Positions 8,924-18,801 of a stretch of DNA of 64,000 nucleotides are shown piece by piece. Positions within the stretch are counted from its first letter, which is position 1; the number at the start of each line of letters is the position of its first letter. This DNA comes from Bacillales bacterium UBA7057 (GTDB lineage Bacteria; Bacillota_I; Bacilli_A; RF39; UBA660): the NCBI GenBank assembly GCA_002493865.1, contig DLAC01000010.1:31017-95016 (forward strand), written 5' to 3'. Under the pieces are notes generated by a model, which saw only the letters and a program-made list of their open reading frames with translations, was not told the origin of the DNA and made no database searches. The translations under genes were made by a program, and so were the position numbers.

Positions 8924-10069
8924 ATGAAGAAAGTAAGCATTTTGGCACTTCATTTAGGATACGGAGGTATTGAAAAAAGTGTTGTTAATTTGGCAAATGC
9001 ACTTTGCCATGATTATAAAGTTGAAATTATTTCTACCTATCGTTTAGAGGAAAAACCGGCTTTTTCCATTGATTCTAACGTTCGTGTAAAATATTTAATA
9101 GAAAAATATAAACCAAATCGTGAAGAATGGAAGCGTTCCATCAAAAAAATCAAACCATTTACTTTTCTTAAGGAAAGTTATAAAGCAATTGTTGTGTTAC
9201 TCCTTCGAAGAAGAAAAACAATCGCAGCAATTAAATCCAATGATAGTGATATTATTATTTCAACACGGGCATTATTTAATCGTTGGTTAGGTGCCTATGG
9301 AAATAAGAAATCATATCGAATTGGATGGGAACATAATCACCATCATCAAGATGAGAAATATATTAAAATTTTAGTTTCTTCTTGTGAAAAATTGGACAAA
9401 TTGGTTGTAGTATCCGATTCGCTTCGCTCTTTTTATAAGAAAGAGTTTCGAAAAAGAGGTTTAAAATGTAAATGTGTATATATTCCTAATATGATTGACC
9501 GGATACCAGAAGAAGTTTCTTCTTTAAAAGAACATAATTTAGTTTCTATTGGTCGTTTTTCTAGGGAGAAGGGATTTGTTGACTTAATTGAAGTTTTTCG
9601 TCTAATTCATGAGAAAAATCCAGATTGGAAACTCCATTTGATTGGTGATGGAGCTGAGAAAAACAAAATCGTGGATTTAATTTATCAATATCATTTGGAT
9701 CAATTTGTAGAATTACATGGGTATTTAAGTCGTGAAAAAATAGATGAGGTTTTACACCAGTCTTCTATTTACTTAATGACTTCTTATACAGAATCTTTTG
9801 GAATTGTGTTAATTGAAGCGATGTCACATGGTATTCCTTGTGTTGCCTTTTCTTCTGCAGAAGGGGCCAATGACTTAATTACAAATGAACAAAATGGCTA
9901 TTTAATTGAAGAAAGGAACTTTGAAGAGATGGCAAATTGTGTTTTGGGGTTAATGAAAAGTGAAACCAAGCGGAAAAAACTTGGAAAAGAAGCTAGAAAA
10001 TTAAGTAATAATTATACAGAAAAAGAAGTAAAGGAAGAATGGTTAAAACTATTGAAGAAAAGAGGATAA
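8924..10069 (+). CDS. glycosyltransferase family 4 (GT-B, TagE-like)
   Basis: 381 aa. The C-terminal GT1/GT4 motif EAMSHGIPCVAF...NGYL places it at the start of a glycosylation cluster. Confidence 0.75.
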   Translation: MKKVSILALHLGYGGIEKSVVNLANALCHDYKVEIISTYRLEEKPAFSIDSNVRVKYLIEKYKPNREEWKRSIKKIKPFTFLKESYKAIVVLLLRRRKTIAAIKSNDSDIIISTRALFNRWLGAYGNKKSYRIGWEHNHHHQDEKYIKILVSSCEKLDKLVVVSDSLRSFYKKEFRKRGLKCKCVYIPNMIDRIPEEVSSLKEHNLVSIGRFSREKGFVDLIEVFRLIHEKNPDWKLHLIGDGAEKNKIVDLIYQYHLDQFVELHGYLSREKIDEVLHQSSIYLMTSYTESFGIVLIEAMSHGIPCVAFSSAEGANDLITNEQNGYLIEERNFEEMANCVLGLMKSETKRKKLGKEARKLSNNYTEKEVKEEWLKLLKKRG

Positions 10070-10070
10070 T

Positions 10071-10541
10071 ATGAAGAAGGTATTATTTATTTCTAGTACA
10101 GGGGGACATTTGACAGAGATGTTGTGCTTGAAAAAAATGTTCTCAAATTATGATTTTCGAATTATTACAGAGAAAACTCCTTCTACGAGTTACTTGAAAA
10201 AACAATACGCAGGAAAAGTCAATTACTTATTCTATGGTACTAAGGATCATTTATTTTCTTATCCTTGGAAGTTATTAGCTAATTGTTTTAAAAGTTTATA
10301 CTATTATCTTCGCTTTCGACCAAAATACATTGTTACAACAGGTGCTCATACTGCTGGTCCTATGTGTTGTATTGGAAAATTATTTGGAAGCAAAATTATT
10401 TATATAGAATCTTTTGCTAATATTCATACAAAAACAGTGACTGGGAGACTCATTTATGCTTTTGCTGATTTATTTATTGTACAGTGGGAGAGTATGCTAA
10501 AACTCTACCCAAGAGCTACCTATGGTGGCTGGATTTATTAG
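10071..10541 (+). CDS. Alg14-like glycosyltransferase subunit (EpsE/Cps14F-like)
   Basis: 156 aa. Carries the STGGHLTEM motif and membrane-association features of Alg14-family proteins. Paired with the downstream Alg13-like gene. Confidence 0.7.
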   Translation: MKKVLFISSTGGHLTEMLCLKKMFSNYDFRIITEKTPSTSYLKKQYAGKVNYLFYGTKDHLFSYPWKLLANCFKSLYYYLRFRPKYIVTTGAHTAGPMCCIGKLFGSKIIYIESFANIHTKTVTGRLIYAFADLFIVQWESMLKLYPRATYGGWIY

Positions 10542-10552
10542 GGGGGATTCTA

Positions 10553-11404
10553 ATGATTTTAGTTACTCTTGGTACACAAGATAAAAGTTTTGAAAGATTA
10601 TTAGTAGAAATTGAACGACTAATTGATCAAAAAGTAATTCGTGAAAAGGTAATTGTACAAGCAGGATACACAAACTATTTTAGTAATAAAATGGAGATAT
10701 TCGATTATTTACCAAAAGATGAATTTGAAAAGTTAATCCATCAGGCACGAATTTTAATCACACATGGTGGTGTAGGTTCTATTTTTGATGGGCTTGCTAG
10801 AAATAAAAAGATAATTGCAGTTCCGAGACTTTCTAAATATATGGAACATACCAATGATCATCAATTGCAGGTCATAGAAAAACTTGGGAGTGAAGGATAT
10901 ATTTTACCTTGTGCCGGTATAGAGGATATTGAGGAGAATTTAAAAAAAATCAGTAAATTTCGCCCAAAGAAGTATCATGAAAACAATTATCAGATGCTTT
11001 CTTTGATTGAGAATTTTATAGAGAACGATTCTAATCATTTTTCTTCTAGTATTTTTGAGTATTTTACTTTTGGAATTTTCTTTATGGCTTTTCAATCTAT
11101 TTTCTCTTGTTTGGGTCTTTTTCAAAACCTTCCAAGTTTAGAAATTTGTTTCATCTATTGGTTACTTTCATATATTATGATTCTTTTCTTCTATTCTATC
11201 TTTCAAAAGAAACAGTTAAGGATTTCTAAAAAATTTTTTGGTTTTAGCTTGATTTGTTTATCCATTCATATTTTGAGTTTTCTCGTTTTTCAATCATTCT
11301 TTGAATTCTTTCATTGTATGGTAATTAGTAGTTTGATTTCCTTTATTTTAGGCTATCTTATTTTCATGTTAGTATTTGGTGGGAGAAACGTTTGCTCCGA
11401 TTAA
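10553..11404 (+). CDS. Alg13-like glycosyltransferase C-terminal-domain protein (Cps14G/EpsF-like) with unusual hydrophobic C-terminal extension
   Basis: Start moved to ATG 10553 (MILVTLGTQD..., the GT28 C-terminal domain beginning). The ~165-aa Alg13-like domain has motifs ITHGGVGS and HQ. It is followed by ~120 aa of F/L/I-rich predicted TM sequence with no stop before 11404. Confidence 0.55.
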   Translation: MILVTLGTQDKSFERLLVEIERLIDQKVIREKVIVQAGYTNYFSNKMEIFDYLPKDEFEKLIHQARILITHGGVGSIFDGLARNKKIIAVPRLSKYMEHTNDHQLQVIEKLGSEGYILPCAGIEDIEENLKKISKFRPKKYHENNYQMLSLIENFIENDSNHFSSSIFEYFTFGIFFMAFQSIFSCLGLFQNLPSLEICFIYWLLSYIMILFFYSIFQKKQLRISKKFFGFSLICLSIHILSFLVFQSFFEFFHCMVISSLISFILGYLIFMLVFGGRNVCSD

Positions 11405-11616
11405 ATGGTTTTTTAGATGAAGGAAAAATTATTATCAAGTAGACACGTATTATCCAAGTAGTAAAACATGTAGTAGATGTGGGGCTAAGGCAGAGATAAC
11501 AAATCACTTAAGTATCAGGAGTTAGGAATGTAAAGAATGTAGAAATAGAAATGATAGAGATGTCAATGCGAGTGTTAATATGATGCTTGAAGGATTACGA
11601 TTACACTATGGAAATT
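11405..11616 (+). pseudogene. tnpB: IS200/IS605-family TnpB (OrfB) 3' fragment with Zn-ribbon, interrupted by a stop
   Basis: Frame reads ...DTYYPSSKTCSRCGAKAEITNHLSIRS*ECKECRNRNDRDVNASVNMMLEGLRLHYGN*. This is a TnpB C-terminal zinc-ribbon/RuvC-III signature (CxxC...CxxC, DRDxNA(A/S)xNI) with an in-frame stop. The N-terminal ~300 aa of TnpB are absent. Confidence 0.6.
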
Positions 11617-11760
11617 AAAATTCAATAAAATGAAGAGTACGGCAGCGACTGTCGGAATTTAAGCCTATGGAGAATAGAGGTTACTCTATCAATGAAGTAG
11701 GAAACTTAGGAGAAGGCGACTAGGGCGAATGAAATTTATTTCATTCTTTTGTTCATATAA
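11405..11760 (+). mobile_element. IS605-family remnant: tnpB 3' end plus structured right-end/omega-RNA-like region
   Basis: The region downstream of the TnpB fragment contains several hairpins (CGGCAG-cga-CTGTCG; ATAGAG-gtta-CTCTAT; perfect 9-bp GAATGAAAT-tt-ATTTCATTC followed by TTTTG). No TnpA or left end was seen. Confidence 0.45.
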
Positions 11761-11833
11761 AAGTGTCAACGAGTAATTGCACTCTTATCAATTCTATGAT
11801 TTTATGATATGATAACCTTGTCGGAGGGATAAC

Positions 11834-12784
11834 ATGAAAAAAATATCAATTGTAGTTCCATGTCACAATGAGGAAAGTTCTATTCCACTTTTTTATGAAG
11901 AAGTAAATAAAATTGCTGAGGATATGAAGAAAAAGGCAACCTTTGAGTTTATTTTTGTGAATGATGGTTCTAAGGATCAAACTCTAGAGGAATTAAGAAA
12001 ACTATCAGAAAAAGATTCAAAAGTACGTTATATTTCTTTTTCTAGAAACTTTGGAAAAGAGTCTGCGATGTATGCAGGTCTAGAAGCATCTACTGGAGAT
12101 TATGTAACGACGATGGATGCAGATTTACAAGATCCACCTAGTTTACTAAAAGAAATGTTTGATATTTTAGAAACTGGGGAATATGATTGCGTTGCGACAA
12201 AGAGTACAAACCGTAAGGGTTATTCCTTTTTACGCAAAATTTTTACAAAGTGGTTTTATCAACTCATTGGAAAGATTTCGAATATTGAAATGGTTCCTGG
12301 AGCACGTGATTTTCGATTGATGACAAGACAAATGATTGATGCTGTTTTATCTATGAAAGAATATAATCGTTATTCTAAAGGATTATTTAGTTTTGTAGGA
12401 TTTGAAACAAAATGGATTGATTTTGAATTAGAGGAGAGAGTTGCTGGGAAAACAAACTTTAATTTTGGAAAACTTTTTGCCTATGCTTTAGAAGGAATTG
12501 TTGCTTTTTCAACAGCACCTTTAGTATTTGCAGCTTTAGTTGGAATGTTCTTCTGCTTAATTGCCGTGATTTTGATTATTATAATCATTACAAAAACCCT
12601 GATTTGGGGAGACCCGGTTGGTGGGTGGCCAAGCATGGCGTGTATTATGTTCCTAGTAGGCGGAGTTCAGCTTTTTTGTACAGGAATTATAGGAGAATAT
12701 TTGTCTAAAACTTATCTTGAAACTAAAAAAAGACCAATTTATATTATTAAAGAAACAGAGAAAAGTGAACGTAAGAGAAAGTAA
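11834..12784 (+). CDS. GT2 polyprenyl-phosphate glycosyltransferase (GtrB/CsbB-like)
   Basis: 316 aa. N-terminal GT-A domain (VVPCHNEE, DGSKD, DADLQD) plus two C-terminal TM helices typical of GtrB/CsbB. Confidence 0.8.
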   Translation: MKKISIVVPCHNEESSIPLFYEEVNKIAEDMKKKATFEFIFVNDGSKDQTLEELRKLSEKDSKVRYISFSRNFGKESAMYAGLEASTGDYVTTMDADLQDPPSLLKEMFDILETGEYDCVATKSTNRKGYSFLRKIFTKWFYQLIGKISNIEMVPGARDFRLMTRQMIDAVLSMKEYNRYSKGLFSFVGFETKWIDFELEERVAGKTNFNFGKLFAYALEGIVAFSTAPLVFAALVGMFFCLIAVILIIIIITKTLIWGDPVGGWPSMACIMFLVGGVQLFCTGIIGEYLSKTYLETKKRPIYIIKETEKSERKRK

Positions 12785-12810
12785 ACTTTTCTTTTTTTGG
12801 AGGCTAATAT

Positions 12811-13812
12811 ATGAAAATATTAATTACTGGTGGATGTGGCTATATTGGTAGCCATACCGTTGTTGAATTATTACAGGACAACTATGAAGTTGTAATTATT
12901 GATAATTTATCTAATTCTTTAAAAGAAGTGTTGACTTCTATTGAAACGATTACTAAGAAAAAGCCTATTTTTTATGAGGGAGATGTTGCTGACTTTTCTC
13001 TTTTGAGAAAAATTTTTGGCGAGCATTCTTTTGATGCAGTCATTCATTTCGCAGGTTATAAAGCTGTGGGGGAATCTGTCCAAAAGCCTTTAATGTATTA
13101 TGAAAACAATTTGGAGTCGACCTTACATTTATGTAAGGTAATGTCCGAATTTGGTTGTAAGAGGCTTGTTTTTTCTTCTTCTGCTACAGTCTATGGGAAT
13201 CCTAAAAAGCTCCCTCTTACAGAAGATACTCCTCTTTCAACAACAAATCCTTATGGAACTACGAAATTAATGATTGAAAATATTTTAAGAGATGTATCGG
13301 CTTCTGATTCAGAGTGGAGTATTGCTTTACTTCGATACTTTAATCCAATTGGTGCTCATGATTCTGGATTGATTGGTGAAAATCCAAAAGGAATTCCCAA
13401 TAATTTAATGCCTTACATTATTAAGGTTGCAATCGGAGAACTCCCACAGTTAAATATTTTTGGAAATGATTATGATACGAAGGATGGAACGGGAGTGCGT
13501 GACTATATTCATGTCGTTGATTTAGCGCGTGGGCATATTTCGGCTTTAAAAAAAATCATGCATTCTAAAGGTATTGATGCGTATAATTTGGGTACTGGAA
13601 AAGGGTATAGTGTATTAGAGCTTGTTCAAACCTTTGAAAAAGTCAATCATATTTCGATTCCTTATAAAATTGGACCTAGAAGAGCAGGTGATATTGCTGA
13701 GTGTTATGCAGATTGTAGTTATGCTAAAAAACAGTTAGGTTGGGAAGCAGAAAAAAATTTAGAAACGATGTGTAGAGATTCCTATCATTATATTTCTAGG
13801 CTTGAAAAATAA
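12811..13812 (+). CDS. galE: UDP-glucose 4-epimerase
   Basis: 333 aa with the SDR fold GGCGYIGSH, YxxxK (YGTTK) and the characteristic GalE C-terminus. Confidence 0.9.
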   Translation: MKILITGGCGYIGSHTVVELLQDNYEVVIIDNLSNSLKEVLTSIETITKKKPIFYEGDVADFSLLRKIFGEHSFDAVIHFAGYKAVGESVQKPLMYYENNLESTLHLCKVMSEFGCKRLVFSSSATVYGNPKKLPLTEDTPLSTTNPYGTTKLMIENILRDVSASDSEWSIALLRYFNPIGAHDSGLIGENPKGIPNNLMPYIIKVAIGELPQLNIFGNDYDTKDGTGVRDYIHVVDLARGHISALKKIMHSKGIDAYNLGTGKGYSVLELVQTFEKVNHISIPYKIGPRRAGDIAECYADCSYAKKQLGWEAEKNLETMCRDSYHYISRLEK

Positions 13813-13863
13813 AGAAGTCTATGATTTTTTCCTCTTATAATCCATTTTAATATTGTGGTTTCA

Positions 13864-13892
13864 TTTGACAAAACAAGCCAAAATGTGTATAA
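13864..13892 (+). promoter_or_regulatory. sigma-A-type promoter (TTGACA-17-TATAAT with TG immediately upstream of the -10)
   Basis: TTGACA at 13864-13869, 17-nt spacer, TATAAT at 13887-13892, with TG at 13885-13886 abutting the -10 (one nt short of the canonical TGn extended -10). Lies upstream of the ankyrin-repeat gene. Confidence 0.5.
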
Positions 13893-13926
13893 TATTGAAC
13901 TATCCCGTGTATAAGAGGTGTTATAG

Positions 13927-14622
13927 ATGTTTTATGATGAAGCCAAAGCCATTGAGGCTGTTCAAAAAGACCCATCATTGGTTTTTGAACTGATTAGAGA
14001 GGGTCATACAGAACTCGTTGACAAAGTGCTTAAAAAGAAAATCGTGGATATTAACACTTGCGATGATGCAGGTAATAGTATTTTGATTCGATTACTCAAA
14101 CATGGTGATTATGAATTAGTACTTCACCATATGGGAAATAAAGATTGGGATGTTAACCATCAAAACTTAGTGGGTAATACATTCGCCCATTTTCTAGTTT
14201 CTATCAACTATGTGAATGTAGTCGAAATCATAGCCAAACTAAAGAAGAATAAAAAATTTCTTCCCAATATTAAGAATAATAAGGGAGAAACCATTTTAGA
14301 TAAGTCAATTAATGACCATTATATCTATACAACAGTAAAAATTCTAGAAGATGAGAGATTTAATAATATCGATGTCGTATCTTTTAAAAATTTGTATGAT
14401 ACTTATATTAAAAGCAATAAATACGGGAAATATTCAAAGCTTACAAATTTAGAAATGATTATGGACAATCTAGAAGAAAAGTCATTACTTCCAAGAATGG
14501 AAAAACTGGTGGCATTCATTAGAAATAACTTTGATGTTATCAAAGATGAGGTATTAACCAATCAAAAATTTACTTGTATGGATAGTATCATTAACAACGT
14601 ATTAAAAGAAAGTAACGCTTAA
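13927..14622 (+). CDS. ankyrin-repeat protein
   Basis: 231 aa. Ankyrin consensus is visible in repeats (DDAGNSILIRLLKHGDYELVLHHM..., DVNHQNLVGNTFAHFLV..., KNNKGETILDKSI). No signal peptide. Confidence 0.65.
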   Translation: MFYDEAKAIEAVQKDPSLVFELIREGHTELVDKVLKKKIVDINTCDDAGNSILIRLLKHGDYELVLHHMGNKDWDVNHQNLVGNTFAHFLVSINYVNVVEIIAKLKKNKKFLPNIKNNKGETILDKSINDHYIYTTVKILEDERFNNIDVVSFKNLYDTYIKSNKYGKYSKLTNLEMIMDNLEEKSLLPRMEKLVAFIRNNFDVIKDEVLTNQKFTCMDSIINNVLKESNA

Positions 14623-14710
14623 TGCGTTATTTTTTTGAATTTATTGATAAATTGCTGGTTAATTTCACTCAAATGTGATATAATAGGGATATTTTTAGAG
14701 GGGGATTCTA

Positions 14711-15721
14711 GTGAAGGATGTAAGCGTTATTGTACCAATTTATAATAAAGAAGCTTTTTTGGATCAATCCTTAAATAGTTTATTAAACGGAGTAGGTAAA
14801 GATTCAGAAATCCTATTAATTGATGATCATTCTACGGATCGGAGTTTTTCTATTGCCGAAGATTTCGCTAAGAGGGATTCTCGAATTCGACTTTTAAGAA
14901 ATAAAGTAAATCGTGGTGTTTCCTATGCAAGAAACAAAGGAATCAAGGAAGCAAAAGGAAAATATATTGGATTTTTTGATGCTGATGATCAGGTCGATTA
15001 TGGATTTTATGATAAATTGTGCCAGAGTGCTGCTTCCATAGATATAGCCCCTGATATTGTTGTTGGTGGATTCAATTGTATTGATGTGAATCATCTCGAA
15101 ATTGTCTTTCCTACTTTGTCTATCTTAGTTGATGGAGTTCCTTTTTCTCTTCAACGAAGAAAATTTGCATCTGGTGAAACGTTTTCTTGCTGTAACAAGA
15201 TCTATCATCGAGACTTTTTAGAGCAAAAATATTTTCCTGATTTTAGCAAGGAAGATATCTATTTTCATTATTGGACCATGAAGACTGCTAGTAAAGTTTT
15301 AGAACATAGGGAAACCCAGTATTACTATCATCCACAGGAAGATGGAAGAAATTTTTCTTATTACAATCTTCCGAATGGGGATTTTTATAGTTTTGTAGAA
15401 GGTTATCAATGGCTACAACAAAAAATTGGAAATGATCAGTATTATCTTTCCTCTTTTCATAAGGCAGTTGAGCAAGCTTTTTATGGTTATATTCAATCCA
15501 TTACTAGTTGGCATATATCTTTTGATGATCAAGTAGATTTAATTGGAACGATGATTGATTACTGTACAAGAGTTCATCATATGGATTTAAGTCATTTAGA
15601 TGTTGTCAGTTTAAATTACTATAAATTCTATCAGAAAAAATACTCGGAAACTTCACTAGAAGATTTAACAAAAAAACTAAATCGTCTTTCTTTCAATTAT
15701 CCAAGACGAAAGAGGAGATAA
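14711..15721 (+). CDS. glycosyltransferase family 2
   Basis: GTG start after RBS AGAGGGGG. GT-A motifs SVIVPIYNKE, DDHSTD, DADD. Paralogous to the next gene. Confidence 0.7.
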   Translation: MKDVSVIVPIYNKEAFLDQSLNSLLNGVGKDSEILLIDDHSTDRSFSIAEDFAKRDSRIRLLRNKVNRGVSYARNKGIKEAKGKYIGFFDADDQVDYGFYDKLCQSAASIDIAPDIVVGGFNCIDVNHLEIVFPTLSILVDGVPFSLQRRKFASGETFSCCNKIYHRDFLEQKYFPDFSKEDIYFHYWTMKTASKVLEHRETQYYYHPQEDGRNFSYYNLPNGDFYSFVEGYQWLQQKIGNDQYYLSSFHKAVEQAFYGYIQSITSWHISFDDQVDLIGTMIDYCTRVHHMDLSHLDVVSLNYYKFYQKKYSETSLEDLTKKLNRLSFNYPRRKRR

Positions 15722-15834
15722 AAAATTTGTATGGTTCAATGAAGCAATACATCATGAGGTGTTAGTTCAAATAGATATATTATTCATTAAAAATTATTTA
15801 TACTATTATAAGAATGTTTTAGGAGGTGGTAACA

Positions 15835-16884
15835 GTGAAGAAAGTGAGTGTAGTTGTACCAGTTTATAATAAACAACCATATTTAAAAGAATCATTAGAG
15901 AGTCTACTTTCTGATTCCTCTGAAAATATAGAATTTTTACTAATTGATGATGCATCTACAGATGGTAGCCTTTCTATATTGGAGAATGCCTCTAAAAATG
16001 ATTCTAGAGTTCGTATTTTAAAAAATTCATCAAATTTAGGAGTTAGTTCTACTAGAAATAGGGGAATTTGTGAAGCAAAGGGCGAGTATATTGGTTTTTT
16101 TGATGCCGATGATATTGTAAGCTCAGGTTTTTATCAAACTTTGTATCAGACTGCAACTCATTATAGAAAACGTCCAGATATGGTTGTTGGGAATCTAACT
16201 ATCTATGGTGGACTTTCAACGTATTTATTGGGAAAGCAATCTTATACAAATACTCAAGTGGAAATTCCGAATGTGTTACAACCGTATCTTCCATTTTCTC
16301 TACAACGACATCAATTTTTTACGAAAGAAGTGCCTTCTTGTTGTAATAAAATTTACCATCGTAACTTTTTAAAAGAAAGAAGGTTCCCAGATTATATCAA
16401 AGAAGATGTTTATTTTCATAGTTGGGTAAGTCATGATGCCAAGCGTGTGGTAGAAGATAGAAGTGTTAATTATTATTACTGTGTCAACCATAGTGAGCGA
16501 GATAATTCTGCTTTTAAGCATCCATGTGGAGATTTTATTGAACTGATTGATGCTTATTATTGGAGTCTTCTAAAAATAGGAGATTCTCCATTATTAGTAG
16601 ATGCACTTAAGAAGTTTCAATGTCAAATTTTAGAATCATTTTTACATCAATGTGTTTGTTGGGAAATACCATATCCTGAAAAGGTTAAATTAATTGGAAC
16701 TGTTTATGATTACTGTGTTCATCTTGATCCAGAATTTCAAAGTACAACTACAGATTTATCTTTGAAAATTATTGAAATGTATCAACAGTATCTAGTAGCA
16801 AATCAAAATCCAACTGATGATATCAGAAAAATAGAAAAAAGATTATCTGTATTATCAAAAATATATCCTAGATGTAGATCATAA
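15835..16884 (+). CDS. glycosyltransferase family 2 (paralog of the preceding gene)
   Basis: RBS AGGAGG followed by GTG at 15835. Motifs VVVPVYNKQ, DDASTD, DADD. About 45% identity to 14711..15721 across the full length. Confidence 0.7.
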   Translation: MKKVSVVVPVYNKQPYLKESLESLLSDSSENIEFLLIDDASTDGSLSILENASKNDSRVRILKNSSNLGVSSTRNRGICEAKGEYIGFFDADDIVSSGFYQTLYQTATHYRKRPDMVVGNLTIYGGLSTYLLGKQSYTNTQVEIPNVLQPYLPFSLQRHQFFTKEVPSCCNKIYHRNFLKERRFPDYIKEDVYFHSWVSHDAKRVVEDRSVNYYYCVNHSERDNSAFKHPCGDFIELIDAYYWSLLKIGDSPLLVDALKKFQCQILESFLHQCVCWEIPYPEKVKLIGTVYDYCVHLDPEFQSTTTDLSLKIIEMYQQYLVANQNPTDDIRKIEKRLSVLSKIYPRCRS

Positions 16885-16979
16885 AACTTATGAGAAGTGG
16901 ATTGAAATTTTCTGTGGTAATTTGTTTCATGTCAATCTAAATGGTGATATAATTGGAAAAGAAAAAGGAAGTGATTGTG

Positions 16980-18392
16980 ATGCAATTACCAAATTATAAA
17001 GAAGCAAGAAGTCGTAAAAAACAGCAAATTCAGAAGGAAGAGTATAAAAAAGATGAAAGTTTTGGGCAATTAGGAAAAGGGAAGACATATTATGTAAAGA
17101 CTTATGGCTGTCAAATGAATGAGCATGATAGTGAGAATATTAAAGCGATGCTTGAAGAACTTGGATTTATTGAAAGTTTAGAAATGGAAGCATCTGATTT
17201 AGTGATTTTAAATACTTGTTCTATCCGTGAGAATGCACATAATAAAGCCTTTGGAATGCTTGGTAGATTAAAACATTTAAAAGAGACTAGGAAAGATCTC
17301 ATTCTTGGGCTATGTGGATGTATGGCTCAAGAAGAGGGAGTTGTAGATGAGATTCTACATAAATATCGTCAAGTAGATTTTGTTTTTGGAACTCACAATT
17401 TGCACCGTCTTCCATATATTCTTAAAAAACATATGGATAGTAATCAGCAGGAAATAGAGGTACTCAGTGTTGAGGGGAATTTAATTGAGGGTATGCCTGT
17501 CAAAAGAGCAAGCAAGCATAAGGCATTTGTGAACATTATGTATGGTTGTGATAAATTCTGTACGTATTGTATTGTTCCTTATACAAGGGGAAAGCAAAGA
17601 AGTCGTAAAAAGGAAGATATTTTAAAAGAAGTAGAAGAACTTGTGTCTTCAGGATACAAAGAGGTTACTCTTTTGGGTCAAAATGTAAATGCCTATGGAA
17701 AAGACACAGATAGTGATTATTCTATGGCAAACTTATTGGAAGATGTTGCCAAAACCAATATTCCTCGTGTTCGTTTTATGACGAGTCATCCTTGGGATTT
17801 TACAGATCAAATGATTGAAATCATTGCCAAGTATCCAAACATTATGCCATCGATTCATTTGCCAGTGCAGTCTGGAAGTAGTCGTATTTTAAAATTAATG
17901 GGTCGTCGCTATACGAAAGAAGAATATATAAAATTATTTGATAAAATGAAGGAAAAGATTCCGAATGTTAGCATTTCAACAGATATTATTGTTGGTTTTC
18001 CTGGAGAAACAGAAGAAGACTTTAAAGAAACTTTGGAATTAGCGGAGTACTGTAAATATGACAATGCCTTTACATTTATTTATTCCCCTCGTGAAAATAC
18101 AGCCGCTTGTCGATTACAGGATGATACACCATTACAGGAAAAAGAAAAACGACTCTATCGTCTTAATTCTATTGTCAATCAATATTTCTTAGAAAATAAT
18201 CAAAAGATGATTGGAAAAACGGTTCCAGTATTAGTAGAAGGACACAACGAGAATGGAAAGACAGAGCTTTATGGATATACAGATAATAATAAGTTAATTA
18301 ATTTTGATGGAGATGACTCTTTGATTGGAACAATTATTCCTGTTGAAGTAGTAGATGCAAAAACTTGGAGTTTAGATGGAAAAATCGTTTAG
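16980..18392 (+). CDS. miaB: tRNA-i6A37 methylthiotransferase MiaB
   Basis: MTTase N-terminal domain YVKTYGCQMNEHDSE, radical-SAM CxxxCxxC (CTYC) and TRAM domain. The ATG at 16980 is preferred over the upstream TTG. Confidence 0.9.
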   Translation: MQLPNYKEARSRKKQQIQKEEYKKDESFGQLGKGKTYYVKTYGCQMNEHDSENIKAMLEELGFIESLEMEASDLVILNTCSIRENAHNKAFGMLGRLKHLKETRKDLILGLCGCMAQEEGVVDEILHKYRQVDFVFGTHNLHRLPYILKKHMDSNQQEIEVLSVEGNLIEGMPVKRASKHKAFVNIMYGCDKFCTYCIVPYTRGKQRSRKKEDILKEVEELVSSGYKEVTLLGQNVNAYGKDTDSDYSMANLLEDVAKTNIPRVRFMTSHPWDFTDQMIEIIAKYPNIMPSIHLPVQSGSSRILKLMGRRYTKEEYIKLFDKMKEKIPNVSISTDIIVGFPGETEEDFKETLELAEYCKYDNAFTFIYSPRENTAACRLQDDTPLQEKEKRLYRLNSIVNQYFLENNQKMIGKTVPVLVEGHNENGKTELYGYTDNNKLINFDGDDSLIGTIIPVEVVDAKTWSLDGKIV

Positions 18393-18717
18393 TCAGGAAA
18401 TCCCAAAGAAAGTTCAGGAGATTGTAGATTTTATCAAATCCTCTGAAGAGTATCAAAAATATCTCTACTTAGAGAATAAAATGAAAAGTCATCCCATCAT
18501 TCCAAAAACAATTGAGGAAATTAAAAAACTTCAAAAAGAGGCTGTACAAAAAGAAAGCCAGGAATTAGATATTACATCTATTGAACAAAGGCTTTCTTCT
18601 TTGGAAAAAGAGTTAAAAGATATTCCTCTATATCAAGATTTTCTTTATCAACAGGAAAATTTAGATCATTTATTTACCTATATTAAAGATACAATTGAAC
18701 AATTATTTCAGTTTTAA
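18376..18717 (+). CDS. ymcA: YmcA/RicA (YlbF/YmcA family) protein
   Basis: 113-aa helical protein immediately after miaB, matching the ymcB(miaB)-ymcA-cotE order of B. subtilis. Confidence 0.7.
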   Translation: MEKSFSQEIPKKVQEIVDFIKSSEEYQKYLYLENKMKSHPIIPKTIEEIKKLQKEAVQKESQELDITSIEQRLSSLEKELKDIPLYQDFLYQQENLDHLFTYIKDTIEQLFQF

Positions 18718-18801
18718 AAATGATTCCAAAAACGGAATTGTTTTTTTCTTTATAGCAACAAAACCATTCTTTTGCATAAATTAAATTAGAGGAGGGATAT
18801 T

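Noticed and set aside
10484-10552. ORF-track start at 10484 for the Alg13-like gene (58-nt overlap with Alg14-like gene)
   Set aside because: The Alg13-family N-terminus begins at MILVTLGTQ (ATG 10553). The upstream extension is an out-of-frame overlap without an RBS.
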